From Enoplolaimus lenunculus (taxonomy: Eukaryota): 64,000 nucleotides of DNA. Every line of letters starts with the position of its first letter. Positions within the stretch are counted from its first letter, which is position 1. Location: contig JASANG010002125.1 of assembly GCA_030248215.1 (NCBI GenBank), forward strand, positions 1 through 64,000, given 5' to 3'. The notes below the pieces were generated by a model. The model worked only from the letters and a program-made list of their open reading frames with translations, searched no databases and had not been told where the DNA came from. Positions 1-12,812 of the stretch are shown in pieces. The position numbers were made by a program, and so were the translations under genes.

Positions 1-3000
1 CCTTGAGTTTTTTGGGAGCCCAACGGTAGCCTGCTCCGGCACTGCCTACAACCCGTTCATTAATGCCAAAAAGTACCGTTTGATATATGAATTACGAAAA
101 AAATATTATTTTGCTAGTTTTAGCGCTGTCTATGACCTTTAGCAAGGCGTTATTTCTATTAAGTGACAGCTTGTTCAAAGCTCTATTTAAGTGTCAAAAT
201 TACCGACCTCCCTCTATTTTGACACGTCCCAACCCCATAAATGGGTGCCTATAAACATTTTATGTTGTCTGAATATCTTTCTGGTGAACCCTGTAATCTG
301 ATAACAACACGTCAATCAAACATGAGTACATTAACGCTTTGAGCCACGTGCCTGCATAGTTCACCGCTGTGTGGCTGAGTGGATTGACGCGTTGTCGTTG
401 CGTCGGTGACATTTGGGTGGAGTTTGATTACAACGTGTCACCGGTACGAGCCTGGTTGGCCGCTTATGATTGAAAACAGTTCTCTGGAGTCTGCCGGTAG
501 TTCGCCGGGCGATAAGACCAGTAGCTGACAGTTGTGACATTTGACGCTTATGCTGTGAGATAAACTTTGAAATTATACTAGTTTAATGATGTTCGTAAAT
601 GTTGAATAGGCCAGAAATGATTAGGAAATCCAATAATACATGGGACTGTGAAGGGTCACCCACCAAGAGTTATTTTACTTGACGAAACTTTTGTACCGCA
701 ACTTCATAAAATGTGATACCGGGTCAAATTGCGTCCAATATACAGTCACAGGATTATGAACTCCACCGGATACATTACAGCAGCTATCTAAAATCAGTGG
801 GTTGGGTTTACAAATTCAATGGCGTCGAAGGCTCAAATTACCATTTTGATTTTAAATTCAAAAAGTTTTTAATTATTCCAGTCTCATTTAATATGAACAA
901 TGACGCGTTGTTGTTGTTAAAATAATAAACAGCGTCAGATGACACACAGCGAAAATGTGGCCAAAATCCAAAAATGTTTATCCTTCAAATATTAAAAGCA
1001 ACTTCGAAAGTTAATACGAAATCCGCGACTTTAAAAATTATGAGACTTTTCCGTTATCTCCCCCCATCCCGTGTTTACCCCAAAATCGTTGGACTTTGAA
1101 AATTTTTTTGCCATATTTGACCTTTCCAAGACCTCCCGTGATGGTTCCACGCCTAAATTTGAGTTTTTAAAAAATTCGAGTTTTCCAAATTACGTATGTG
1201 AAGCGTTCCAGTTTTAATAATATAAATGCAGTCACACTAATTGAACAACTGTGTCAGATTAAAAATTTTTCAGTGGTACTGCAAAATTCAAGGTAAGTTG
1301 AGTTTGGATTTTTGAAAATTTTCTAAATTTACCTTGGAAATTCACGTGTTAAAAGTTAACTACTAATGCGGATATTTGTAAGATTGAATTCAACTGGACG
1401 GCTCATACCAAACTCAGCATTCGCCGGTATTCATATGCGATATAACGGTTTCGGAATCAAGTTGCTATGTTTACATACAATTCGCGTTCCAACTGTACTA
1501 ACAGAGCACTAAATAAAGGGTCTGGTATATGTTTCATAACTATTCAATTCAATTCATAAACATGAAATTATAATACAGATTATAAAACAAGCTTAATAAC
1601 GAATAGATTACAAAGCGACCAAGGCCGCTTAATACATCTAATCAGGGTCTCGTTCGTATTGTAATTTATGAGTCAAGTTAACATTTTTCAAAAGATTTGC
1701 AAAAAATTTTTTGCGTTCGCAATATTCAAACTAAAACTAATTTTAAATGCAACTTTTAACTCGTCCCATATACTCTATAAAAGCAATAGACTGTGAAATT
1801 AAAAGTTTTTCACTGAAATTAACGTTTTCGTAAATAAATTCGGCCAGTGTAAAGAACAGGGGTGGAACAGTATTATAAGCATTTTTCTCAGTCTAAGCTT
1901 AAACCTAAGCTTAAGTCTAAGCGTAAGAATCAGCATATTCCTAAGCCTAAGTGTAAGAATGGGTTTATCCCTAAGCATAAGCGTAAGCCTAAGCCAAGCA
2001 AAAGAATTAGTCTAAAGCTTAAGCTTATTCTATTCATGCCCCACAGAAAAACGTTCCGCCCGTGATGTTTACATGGGTCGATAATTCAGTATTAAAGTTG
2101 GTTGAAGGAACATACGGCAAGAAGGTTTAGTAATTAATATGAGGAGATAACAAACGCATATTGTATAATTGAATTTCATTTTCAAATACAACAAAAAATT
2201 TTAGATATGAAAAAAATTTATTAATAAGGATATATATTAGTTATATTTGCAATTAATTCAACTTATACAATATTACGCTGCGTTTGTTTTCTCCTATTTC
2301 ATTAATTTACTCTCTTGGCTATTTCCTTTCAACCAACTTTAATACTGTATCGACCCATGTAAACATCACGGGCGGAACGTTTTTATGTGGGGCATGAATA
2401 GAATAAGCTTAAACTTTAGATTAATTCTTTTGCTTGGCTTAGGCTTACGCTTATGCTTAAGATAAACCCATTCTTACACTTTAGGCTTAGGAATATGCTG
2501 ATTCTTACGCTTAGACTTTAAGCTTAGTTTAATTTTAGATGAGAAAAATGCTTATAATACTGTTCCACCCCTGTTCTTTACACTGGCCGAATTTATTTAA
2601 AAAACGTTAATTTATCAGTGAAAAACTTTTAATTTCACAGTCTATTGCTTTTATAGAATATATGGGACGAGTTAAAAGTTGCATTTAAAATTAGTTTTTA
2701 GTTTGATATATTGTGCGAACACAAAAATTTTTTTGCAAATCTTTTGAGAAAATGTTAACTTGACTCATAAATTACAATACGAACAGACCCTGATTAGATG
2801 TATAAGCGGCCTTGGTCGCTTTGTAATCTATTCGTTATTAAGCTTGTTTTATAATCTGTATTATAATTTCATGTTAATGAATTGAATTGAATAGTTATGA
2901 AACATATACCAGACACTTTAGTTAGTGCTCTATTAGTACAGTTGGAACCGAATTGTATGTAACATAGCAACTTGGTTCCGAAACCGTTATATCGCATATG

Positions 3001-4431
3001 AATACCGGCGAATGCTGAGTTTGGTATGAGCCGTCCAGTTGAATTCAATCTTACAAATATCCGCATTAGTAGTTAACTTTTACCACGTGAATTTCCAAGG
3101 TAAATTTAGAAAATTTTCAAAAATCCAAACTCAACTTACCTTGAATTTTGCAGTACCACTGAAAAATTTTGAATCTGACGCAGTTGTTCAATTAGTGTGA
3201 CTGCATTTATATTATTAAAACTGGAACGCTTCACATACATAATTTGGAAAACTCGAATTTTTTAAAAACTCAAATTTAGGCGTGGAATCATCACGGGAGG
3301 TCTTGGAAAGGTCAAATATATCAAATAATTTTCAAAGTCCAACGATTTTTGGGCCATCGCGGACTGGGGGGGAAGATAACGGAAAAGTCTCATAATTTTT
3401 AAAGTCGCGGATTTCGTATTAACTTTCGAAGTTGCTTTTAATATTTGAAGGATAAACATTTTTGGATTTTGGTCACATTTTCGCTGTTTGTCATCTGACG
3501 CTGTTTATTATTTTAACAACAACAACGCGTCATTGTTCGTATTAAATGAGACTGGAATAATTAAAAACTTTTTGAATTTAAAATCAAAATGGTAATTTGA
3601 GCCTTCGACGCCATTGAATTTGTAAACCCAACCCACTGATTTTAGATAGCTGCTGTAATGTATCCGGTGGAGTTCATAATCCTGTGACTGTATATTGGAC
3701 GCAATTTGACCCGGTATCACATTTTATGAAGTTGCGGTACAAAAGTTTCGTCAAGTAAAATAACTCTTGGTGGGTGACCCTTCACAGTCCCATGTATTAT
3801 TGGATTTCCTAATCATGTCTGGCGTATTCAACATTTACGAACATCATTAAACTAGTATAATTTCAAAGTTTATCTCACAGCATAAGCCTCAAATGTCACA
3901 ACTGTCAGCTACTGGTCTTATCGCCCGGCGAACTACCGGCAGACTCCAGAGAACTGTTTTCAATCATAAGCGGCCAACCAGGCTCGTACCGGTGACACGT
4001 TGTAATCAAACTCCACCCAAATGTCACCGACGCAACGACAACGCGTCAATCCACTCAGCCACACAGCGGTGAACTATGCAGGCACGTGGCTCAAAGCGTT
4101 AATGTACTCATGTTTGATTGACGTGTTGTTATCAGATTACAGGGTTCACCAGAAAGATATTGAGACAACATAAAATGTTTATAGGCACCCATTTATGGGG
4201 TTGGGACGTGTCAAAATAGAGGGAGGTCGGTAATTTTGACACTTAAATAGAGCTTTGAACAAGCTGTCACTTAATAGAAATAACGCCTTGCTAAAGGTCA
4301 TAGACAGCGCTAAAACTAGCAAAATAACATTTTTTTCGTAATTCATATATCAAACGGTACTTTTTGGCATTAATGAACGGGCTGTAGGCAGTACCGGAGC
4401 AGGCTACCGTTGGGCTCCCAAAAACTCAAGG
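1..4431. repeat. Giant inverted repeat (palindrome), arms ~1-2190 and ~2240-4431, centre ~2215; probably continues past the left window edge
   Basis: Position 1 'ccttgagttttttgggagcccaacggtagcctgctccgg' is the reverse complement of 4395-4431. Mirrored ORFs 713..925(+) and 3508..3720(-) are nearly identical. Paired coordinates sum to ~4430-4433 throughout. Confidence 0.97.
1842..2079 (-). mobile_element. TTAGGC-array MITE (family A), left-arm copy; mirror copy at 2352-2588
   Basis: Ends ggccagtgtaaagaacaggggtggaac / gttccgcccgtgatgtttacatgggtc enclose a degenerate (GCCTAA)n array. Confidence 0.85.
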
Positions 4432-4556
4432 GTGGGAGCCGCCCTTACGAGGATCCAAATATTTTTCAAATTATTTTTTGGTTTAAAATCCTATTAAGGT
4501 GGAGTCAACTCTTTGGGCTGAGCACCCCAATTCCGGGGTGGCTGTTCCGGCCCGTG
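4389..4556. mobile_element. hAT-like MITE family B (end CAGTGCCGGAGCAGG); other copies 1-44 (partial), 13793-13961, 22503-22699, ~27140-27290, 35297-35468
   Basis: Shared terminus cagt(g/a)ccggagcagg and internal 'aaatattttt...tttaaaatc' block. Copy 35297-35468 has an 8-bp TSD agtatcaa/aatatcaa. Confidence 0.7.
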
Positions 4557-7500
4557 GGTGTATGGAAGATGTTAAAGGTAAACTGGATTTCTTGGATCTT
4601 TATGGTTTAGGTTGTGACGAAGCCCAAGGTTGTTAGCAGAAATGTCATACTTGAGTATTTTCATGGGAAAACGCAATCAAGCATGACACAGAATGTTAAA
4701 ATGCGTCATTTTTTACGAAGTCATGTGATCATTCATCATTTTAGCAACGACCAAATTTTGTTGCAACGTATGTCTTCTATACTTAACATTAAAATTTTAA
4801 TTCATGATATTTGATGCTGGCTCTTGTACACTTTTCCTCCGCAAACTTAAGCTCAAACTCAGGCTTACGCTTAGGCTTAGGCTTACGTTTCAGAAAAGGC
4901 TTATCCAAGCGTAAGCCTTTGCGTCAACCTTGGATTAAGCGTTTACCTAAGCCTTAATTTTAAATGTGAAAAGTGAAGTGCATAAAAGCGTTGAAGCTTC
5001 TGCAAAATCATGGATCCGTGAGTGTTAATTTTGCGTTGAAAATCACACAGTTCAGCGAACAATTCCTTTGTCTCACATCATTAATATATCACGGATTAAT
5101 ATGCAAATGACGTGAAAGCGCAGCTGTGCATTTAAGGATGTCCCGATGTCCACTTGAACGGTGTCAAGTTACGCTGAACGAACTGACCAATGGTTACTTA
5201 ACCAATTAATTTCAATTGCATAATAGCCTCAACTGTCCGATTATGCTAATTTGAAGCTCTCTATTTGAGTTTAGAATACTATAGATAATGCGTATGCCAG
5301 GGGGGGTGACGTGTGTTTATCGGATTATTTAATGGGGTGTTGTGTAAACGTTGGCAGTAGTCTAAACTGTTTTTATGTAAAATTACACAATGGTATTGAA
5401 CGCAGGATAAAAAAACAAGAACGTGTAAAGGCTGGAAACGGTAAAGGAGTTTTGCGATGGTAAAGGGTAAAAGAATTGAGCGCGGATATCCCCACGGATA
5501 AAAAAATCAAATTTCCGCCGGTAGAGATAAGCATGGGTAATATATTTTTACCTACTTACTCCTCTGGAACCAATTGAAAGTTTGTTTAGGTCTTTCATAC
5601 TACACCAAATGCAACGTTGTCTTCAAAAAATTGGAAATCTGTTCAAGGTTTGTCGCAAGCTCATGGTTTACAAGTTTGATACCACAAGTGACAAAATTGA
5701 AATTAGTATCACATAAGTAAGGTTTGGGCAGATATTTGATTTCCAAGATTTTTTTATTTGAGGAAAATTTAATTTGTAAAAAAATTGAACCGGAGGAACG
5801 TGGAAATTGTACTGTGGACACGCAGTCATAAAAATTTGAGGACCACGCTATTATGTTATCCATCCTGTGGGGGGCATCATTCCCAAGTACCCTTAATAGT
5901 ACGGACACCCATGCCAAACGTCGTCTCTACTTCAGTTACGGTTGAGTCAACCTATAACTCTGAGCAGGGGGTAACCTAAAACCAAAGTTATCCTAAGTGG
6001 TTTTATACTTAACCGGAATAGTTTAAACTATCATAAGCAACTTTTGTTTGGTTTCACTCACTAAACACTGACCATTACTAGTGGTCATTAAGCTAAAACT
6101 AAACGGCAAAGTTGACATAGCTTAGGCATTCAGTCTAACCAGTGTCAAACTCGCCGGTTCAGTTTTACCCTAATGCCCAATGGTAATCGATTACCTGAGT
6201 GTCAAATAACCACTGGAATTCATTTTAGCAGTTTGATGTGTTGACCTAAACTTTACTGAATGGCCGAATCTGGCCAGAGGCGTAGCCTGAAATTCAGTTC
6301 GAATTGCTGTAACGTTATGTAAAAAAGTTTTTGATCACGGGAATCCAGAAGGTTCAATCTAAAACCATGGTAAAATTATTTTTTGGGTCTAGAAATTTCG
6401 GGAAAAGATATATTTGCTCTCTCTCCATCCCCTTTTCTGCGCCTGTGGAGTTGAACCCGTTTAGTGTCAGTAAATTTTATAAAAACAGTGAGGGTGGGTG
6501 ATGTTTTTTGAAAATATACACGTTGTTTCAATTATATATACTGTAGAGTAGAAATATTTAAATATTCATAAACACATATTAGTCGTAATAAGCGAAAATA
6601 TTTTGTAAAAAACCAGTTTTTGGGGGGCTTAGTCTACCCCTCTTTTAGTCGGTGCCAGGTTTAGGCAACAGCTAATTTGAGTTCCAGGTGTATCAATTTT
6701 AGCACCGCTTAGCACGCGCTGAAACGCTTAGCTCTACTACAAATGACTCATATGAACGACATTTATCAAATATGGCTAATTTGCGTTTGAGGGTCAACAT
6801 TGACGTCATTGAGTCTGGTTTTCGTTTTGTGACCTGTCCACGGCTCGAACACAAAAGAAGGTGGGGCAAACCATACCCCTCAACTGTGAAAATAGATTTC
6901 GATGCGTTCTAGTTTTTTTATAACCAACCGGCATATGATAAAGTTTAGATGTTTGCTAAGTTAGACATTCTTATTTTTCCTTACATTAGCTAATGTCAAT
7001 TTTGACCTGGAACCGAGGTTGCCTTGAACAATTTCGTGCTCGAATTGTGTAACCCATAGCTTAACCTGCTCAGTATCAAAGCCATAAAAGCTATCAAATT
7101 GCATTCACATACGCGAGCTTGCAATCTGCCCAAGCGTAATAAGTTGTATGCCGTCGCGTTTCGCGCAGAGTTTCTGGACCGAGGGTGGTATTTGACATCA
7201 ACGCTAATGCGATTCTAACCCGTTAATTCTTGTAAAAACATTAGGGATGACAGAAGAGCTATTTTAAAATAATGTAGGATATGGCTTTGCGTGAAACGCA
7301 GTAGCCCTACTGAGAAATACGTACATTGAATAAAAATAATTAAGCGGCGTAAACTTTCTAGCCCCCCCCCCCTTTTTTGAGATACAAAACCGTCCTGCTG
7401 GTTGGAAAAATTTATTTATCACACATAAATTTTAAGTTAGCTATCGGGTTTTTGGCTTCGATCGCGCTGAGTGGGGAACGCCAGAGAGACTAGCGTCACT

Positions 7501-8434
7501 TGTTTTACTGAGACCAGTGTTTATACACGATTTTGAACAAAATGACAGTTTGTATCAATTTGTCAAAAAAGGTCATACAATATTTGGGGGGGTGTTTTGA
7601 TCGAGTGTGTCCATTGTAAACAAAAACGAAGTTATTATGGTATCAGTTGCCTGATGTTTGGAGCTGTCATTGCAAACAGCGTTGGACGTAAAACATGCCT
7701 GACGAGGGGACATGTTTCCACATTTTTCAGCTTTGTCATTTCGACTAAAATTGAAAATTGTAGTGGCAGGCGGGCCCTTAGTCAACTTACCTTTCCAGGA
7801 CGGCTAAAAAAATTTTCAGCAGGAACATACAAGTGCATAACTGACAACTAAGGATGATCGTGTTATATGAATGCGCAAATTTATCTAAGGGGGACGAACT
7901 TCTTTGGCCTTGAGCCCATTCTGCCCCCCCCCTGTCTTGCTACAGGTCCATCTGTTCACTTGGGACCTGGGCGTGTGGTAAATTTGGTTTTAACTTTTCG
8001 GTAACATTGGCAAGTCATATTTGGCGATATAAACACGACCACGCATTGAGGACTCGAATATAAGATATATAATCAGTCATTGTAAACGAGTTCAAAGACG
8101 ACCCAGCCGATAAAGTGTTATTTTTCAAAGGGGATTTTGGTATTTATTATCAGGAATGTCATTTGTTTACAAAATTATATCTGTGAGCGAACGTTTGGTC
8201 TCGCGGTTCATGTTGTGATTATGTTGAATTTCAGTGTTTTTTCATAATTAAGATGAACTTAGTTGACAAAATCACGTGTATATTGAAGATTTTTCTGTAC
8301 AATTTTAGAAACATGGAATTCTCGAGCAAATGTCGAGGGGTGGCACTGTTGTATAATCCTATTCCTAAGCATAATCCTCAGTTTAAGGAGAAGCGTATAC
8401 CTAGGTAGGCTTAAACCCATGCTGTTGCGACGCT

Positions 8435-8859
8435 AATAAGAGGGGGTAAAATAAGAGGGGGGTCCCCATTTCGGGTCCCAATCAATAGGAGTCCGTATCC
8501 CTAATCCGTAAGCGGATAGAGTCCTTAAACCCTAATTAGAGTCCATGAATGTCTATCATCCCTAATTTTAGCGCATTAATGACTCCAGGACCAAATAAAG
8601 TTGACTTCGAAACTTTAAAGGGTACTTAAGTTTTGAAAGTACATTCCTAAGTATAACCTTGCATTATCGATCAATCTATTGACACAAGACAAATAAACGT
8701 TTAATTCAACGGACAGTTGCAGTACCGGATATATATCAGTAACGAAGGGTGCGGAGCGTGGGTTAAAAATAAATACCAGTCGGTAACGGAATAACAAGGG
8801 GGTACCCTCTGGAGAGGCCAAATAAATATCAGTCCCCCCTCTTATTCGGGTCACTACAG
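8435..8859. mobile_element. ~450-bp TA-flanked non-autonomous element (TIR CTGTAGTGACCCGAATAA); inverted copy 35591-36038, fragments ~10300-10540 and ~33420-33533
   Basis: The internal sequence of 8435-8859 is the reverse complement of 35591-36038 (both read 'TRI(R/T)GGTDIYLASPEG' in the ORF track). The end cttattcgggtcactacag|ta recurs three times. Tc1/mariner-like assignment is inferred from the TA flank only. Confidence 0.75.
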
Positions 8860-10629
8860 TACTATAGTCCCATAAAAACAGTTCGCCGCTTTGAAGTAGG
8901 ATTGTCTAAATTTTTTGGTTTTCGCTGTGGCCCAAATTCCATGAATGTTAAATTATTAAAAATGTGCCAATTTTCCGAGAGCGAAAAATTATAAGACAGG
9001 AACCTTACCATTTTAGCACAAAAACTTTTCTCACTGGTGGGGCGTGGGGCATACGCTCCCCTCTCTAGATCCACTAGCGGGTCGTTGAAAAGACAGCGAG
9101 GACCTCAGACGCTAACCTGAACTGTTCTTTAGTGCGAGCATAGCGCATTAAGTATGATGTCACTCTTTATAACATTAACAACTGAAGCAAAGCAAGTTCA
9201 GGTGCAATTTGCTTGTAACAGCTGTGTCTACAAATTATTGCGATTAGGTATATTGAACGAAAAAAATGCTTACCGACTTAAATATGCAATAAATTGTAGT
9301 TATAAATACATTTTTTTCGGGCATAAAATTAACAAAAATTAACCATTTGCCTTCAATGCTTTTAAGAAAAATCGCAGCGCAGCCCTGAAACAGGCAAAAA
9401 ATGATTTTTTTCTGATTTTGACCAAAAACAAACGCCAGTACGAGATGATTTTTTCTCAACCAAAACTTTCTCTGACGGGGATCCACGCGATATATCGTAT
9501 CAAGGCCAGGTTGTAAAGCGAGGCGAGCGAAAAGTCAATCACAGGTTCAATAGTTGGTGTTTTATTCCATGTTGGGAACACAGCCTCCTGGGAACTTTGG
9601 CCGTTGGAGTCACCAGTGCCAGGCGTTGAATCAAACTGTTTTACTTTCGCAATTGTTGTATTAAAAATTGTACCGGCTTATATATTAAAGCTCAAAAAAT
9701 AAATATTACATATTTTTTGGGCTGTTTGATGAATTAAAAACAAAACTTTGAACGCAATTGTTTTTTGAAGAGTTTTGGCTGCTGTGTTGGCGACCCAAGG
9801 AAATTGTATTATTCTAAGGCTGTCAATTATTGTTCCACCGTAGCAGTTTTTTGTGACATTTGCCATCAAAGTTGCGGTTTTCAACAATTTCATCGAAATT
9901 GCACATTTCTTTCCACACTCAGGGTTCTGCTCACGTTCAAGTCTGTCAGACAGAACTATTTCGAAATATTGGTTTACACCATGACAACGTATATACTAAA
10001 AGGGATAGGCGAATATATAGCGCCCGAAAATTTTCAAGAATAGAACCAGACACTTTTATAGGTGGTTTTGCAGTATCCTGCTCGCTCACAAAAAACATTT
10101 TTGAACAAGGCTAAAGTTGCCGCGGGGCCGGAATTTTCATCGGTGCAAGGGTCGTGACCTATATATGGCGCCAGAACTAGGGTCATGGCCGGTGCCATTA
10201 TAGGGGCCGATGAGTAGTCTCGTAAGAATTTATTTCGTTTTATACAAAATAGCCGTTCGTTGCTATAGACAATCATACACTTGTTGTAAAGTGAAACATT
10301 GGCTCGAACCTATGTTTTCTATATCAGATAATCAGGTTTTATAAAATTTTTGATTAAAATGGAAACACCAGACTCATTCAACTGTTCAAAATGCATCGAG
10401 TCATGTAAAAAATGTTTTAAAAATTTTGCCCCGTACAATTTTGGGATAATTGACGTTTATGGACTCTATTCGCTTACGGACTCTTATTAGGGATACGGAC
10501 TACTGTTGATTGGGACTCAAAATGGGGATCCCGCTCTTTACGTTTCTGTTTACATACCATTCATTAACTTAATTTAGCTATTTTTAAACTTGATACTAGT
10601 CAGTAGGCACACAGCTAAAGCGGACCAAG

Positions 10630-10779
10630 CGGACCCGTAGCCAAGGGGCTCAGCCCCCATGCTGAAAAATTTGGCCCCTCCCTGCTTTTAGGTTTGCTTG
10701 TAAGTCAACGAAAACCCTAAATGCCCCTCCTGAAAAATCACTAGCCCCCCTATAGAAAGTTTACATGGCTACGGGTCTG
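10630..10779. mobile_element. Short hAT-like MITE (ends CGGACCCGTAGCC / GGCTACGGGTCTG); relatives ~14450-14616 and ~59374-59536
   Basis: 13-bp terminal inverted repeat, flanks ggaccaag/ggaaccaag, internal G/C runs. Confidence 0.65.
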
Positions 10780-11972
10780 GGAACCAAGTATTACTTAGTA
10801 AATAAGTTTACTTTTTACTTTTGATTTATTGCACAATTACAAATATGGCCAAAGGTCCACTTTTAAATCATGGTTCCCGTGGTATATTTCAGATGACAAT
10901 TACCATCGGAAAACTGTTTCGACGGCATAGGCTGAATACGGTGGATGCATTGTTTAACCCCCCATCCGGTTCTGGCATCTTCCACTGGTAGTAATGTGAC
11001 CGAATTGGATTTATCGGGTTTGGATTGATAACATAGTCTTAACTGTTTTACTTTTTGTTCAGTGATATAATTTACACTGATTTTTTTCAATTATAATCTT
11101 GCTAGTTCAGTGATATAATTTGCACTGATTTGTTTCAATTATAATCTTGATAAACACAGATTGAGTTGAAGCAAACTTGTACGCAATAAAGAATTCACAT
11201 ATTAAGATTCATTCGTTGAAAATTCAACCGAAACTTGCAGACCCAATATCTGTAAAAGAACTCTAAATTCACGGCACTATATTTTAAGTTCCCTCAGGGC
11301 AAAATATATCACTTTGCGTCTCTCAACAAAAAACTTTCCAGCCAGAACTGACAGACATCAAAATTAAATTATACGGTTATGGCAAAATAGTGTTTAGCAA
11401 AACTTTGCTCAAACTTTATTGCCAGTGACAGCGCTAATTTTCACTGGACGCGGGGGGGGGCGTCCATGTCTCGTCCTCCCAATACAGATTAAACAGAAAT
11501 TTTAGTATATTAAGATTTACTACTAAAATTGCGTTTAGCTTTATCGCTTGCTTCACTCGCAAACTTTTTTGCTGTATGATTATATATAGAGCGTCCCGTT
11601 CGTCAGATATATCTGGATCCGCCAACGGCTAACTTTAGTGCGGGCGTTTTAGTGCGACTTCGTAGCAACAACAAACTTTTAGCTAAAACGTATGCAATTT
11701 TCTCTGTCTCTGAAGCTTTTTTTGCCTACAGTTTGGCTAGTCACGTCGCAGACAAGACTGTAGACTTTAAATTGTGGGGTGTTTTTCTAAAATATTTTGC
11801 ATCAAGGTTGAATATATAAAACGAAGGTAAAATGCCGAAAAATATGATTTTGAAATATGATTTGAATTTAAACAAGGCGAAATGGTTTAGATTTTTCGTT
11901 AAAAACAGTCTAAACAGTATAGTCTTCGCGATGGAAATTAAGGCAAAAATATGAAGATCGGTCACAGTTTTA

Positions 11973-12057
11973 AATTTGAATAATAGCAACTATTGTAACA
12001 ATTTCAATTAAAGACATTTGAATAATAGCAACTATTGTAACAATTTCAATTAAAGAC
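11973..12057. repeat. Direct tandem duplication, ~42 bp x2
   Basis: atttgaataatagcaactattgtaacaatttcaattaaagac repeated. Similar small duplications occur at ~11055-11150, ~31140-31272 and ~34540-34612. Confidence 0.9.
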
Positions 12058-12746
12058 GCAATGTCGTGGAATAAAAAAATAATTTTTGAGCAAAAGCCGG
12101 CTAAAGGAACATATCCGAAGAAAACCCTCTCGTTCACATTCAGTTTTTCTTGAAACATTTATCCCTGCCTCAATTTAAAAGTTTGGAAATGCAATCAGCC
12201 ATATCCTATGATACGGAAAAGTACTTAGCTAACTATTTTATTCAGCACAATATATATGTCGTAGCCCAAGTCGTAATTCAGCGAACATATTTAGCGTTAC
12301 ATCACATTTAACCAGGCAACTATACCTAGCAATTCGTTTTATTTCACACCTCAACGCATTGCAATTATTGGTCACGTCATTTCAAGTGGATCCCATTTTA
12401 GGCTGCTGTGTATATCCAGATGGGATGCTCATTGATGCATGAGACATGCTTTATCTATAAACGGATACATATCTTTGTATATATATTTATATTTATATTT
12501 TGTAGACATATTGGCAAGACCAGAACCCAATCGATGACCAGGGGACGCACGCAGCTTTCACCAGAAAAATTTTTCCCGTATTGAAAAGTTTTTATATCGC
12601 TGTTTGTTACATAATGCGATATTTCCACATGTTCGTCTAATGTTTTCACCCTTTCATTTGGGCGAGTAAACGTGTGATATGCTTGGTGGCCGCAACTTTT
12701 AAAAACCTTAGACTTTAATGGGGTACGCTAACCCAGGGGTCACCTT

Positions 12747-12748
<2 letters not shown>

Positions 12749-12802
<54 letters not shown>

Positions 12803-12812
12803 TTATATATAT
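12749..12812. repeat. (AT)n microsatellite
   Basis: Direct reading. A second AT-rich tract lies at ~34042-34120. Confidence 0.98.

Noticed and set aside
364..435. tRNA-like A box (TGGCTGAGTGG), also TGGTTCAGTGG at ~36169
   Set aside because: No cloverleaf or good B box could be built. At most these are decayed SINE heads.
713..3720. Duplicated 70-aa ORFs (713..925 and 3508..3720) and the K/P-rich ORF 1862..2065 as genes
   Set aside because: The duplication is explained by the palindrome, the starts are non-ATG, and no family is recognisable. The K/P/L/S-rich ORFs are translations of the TTAGGC array.
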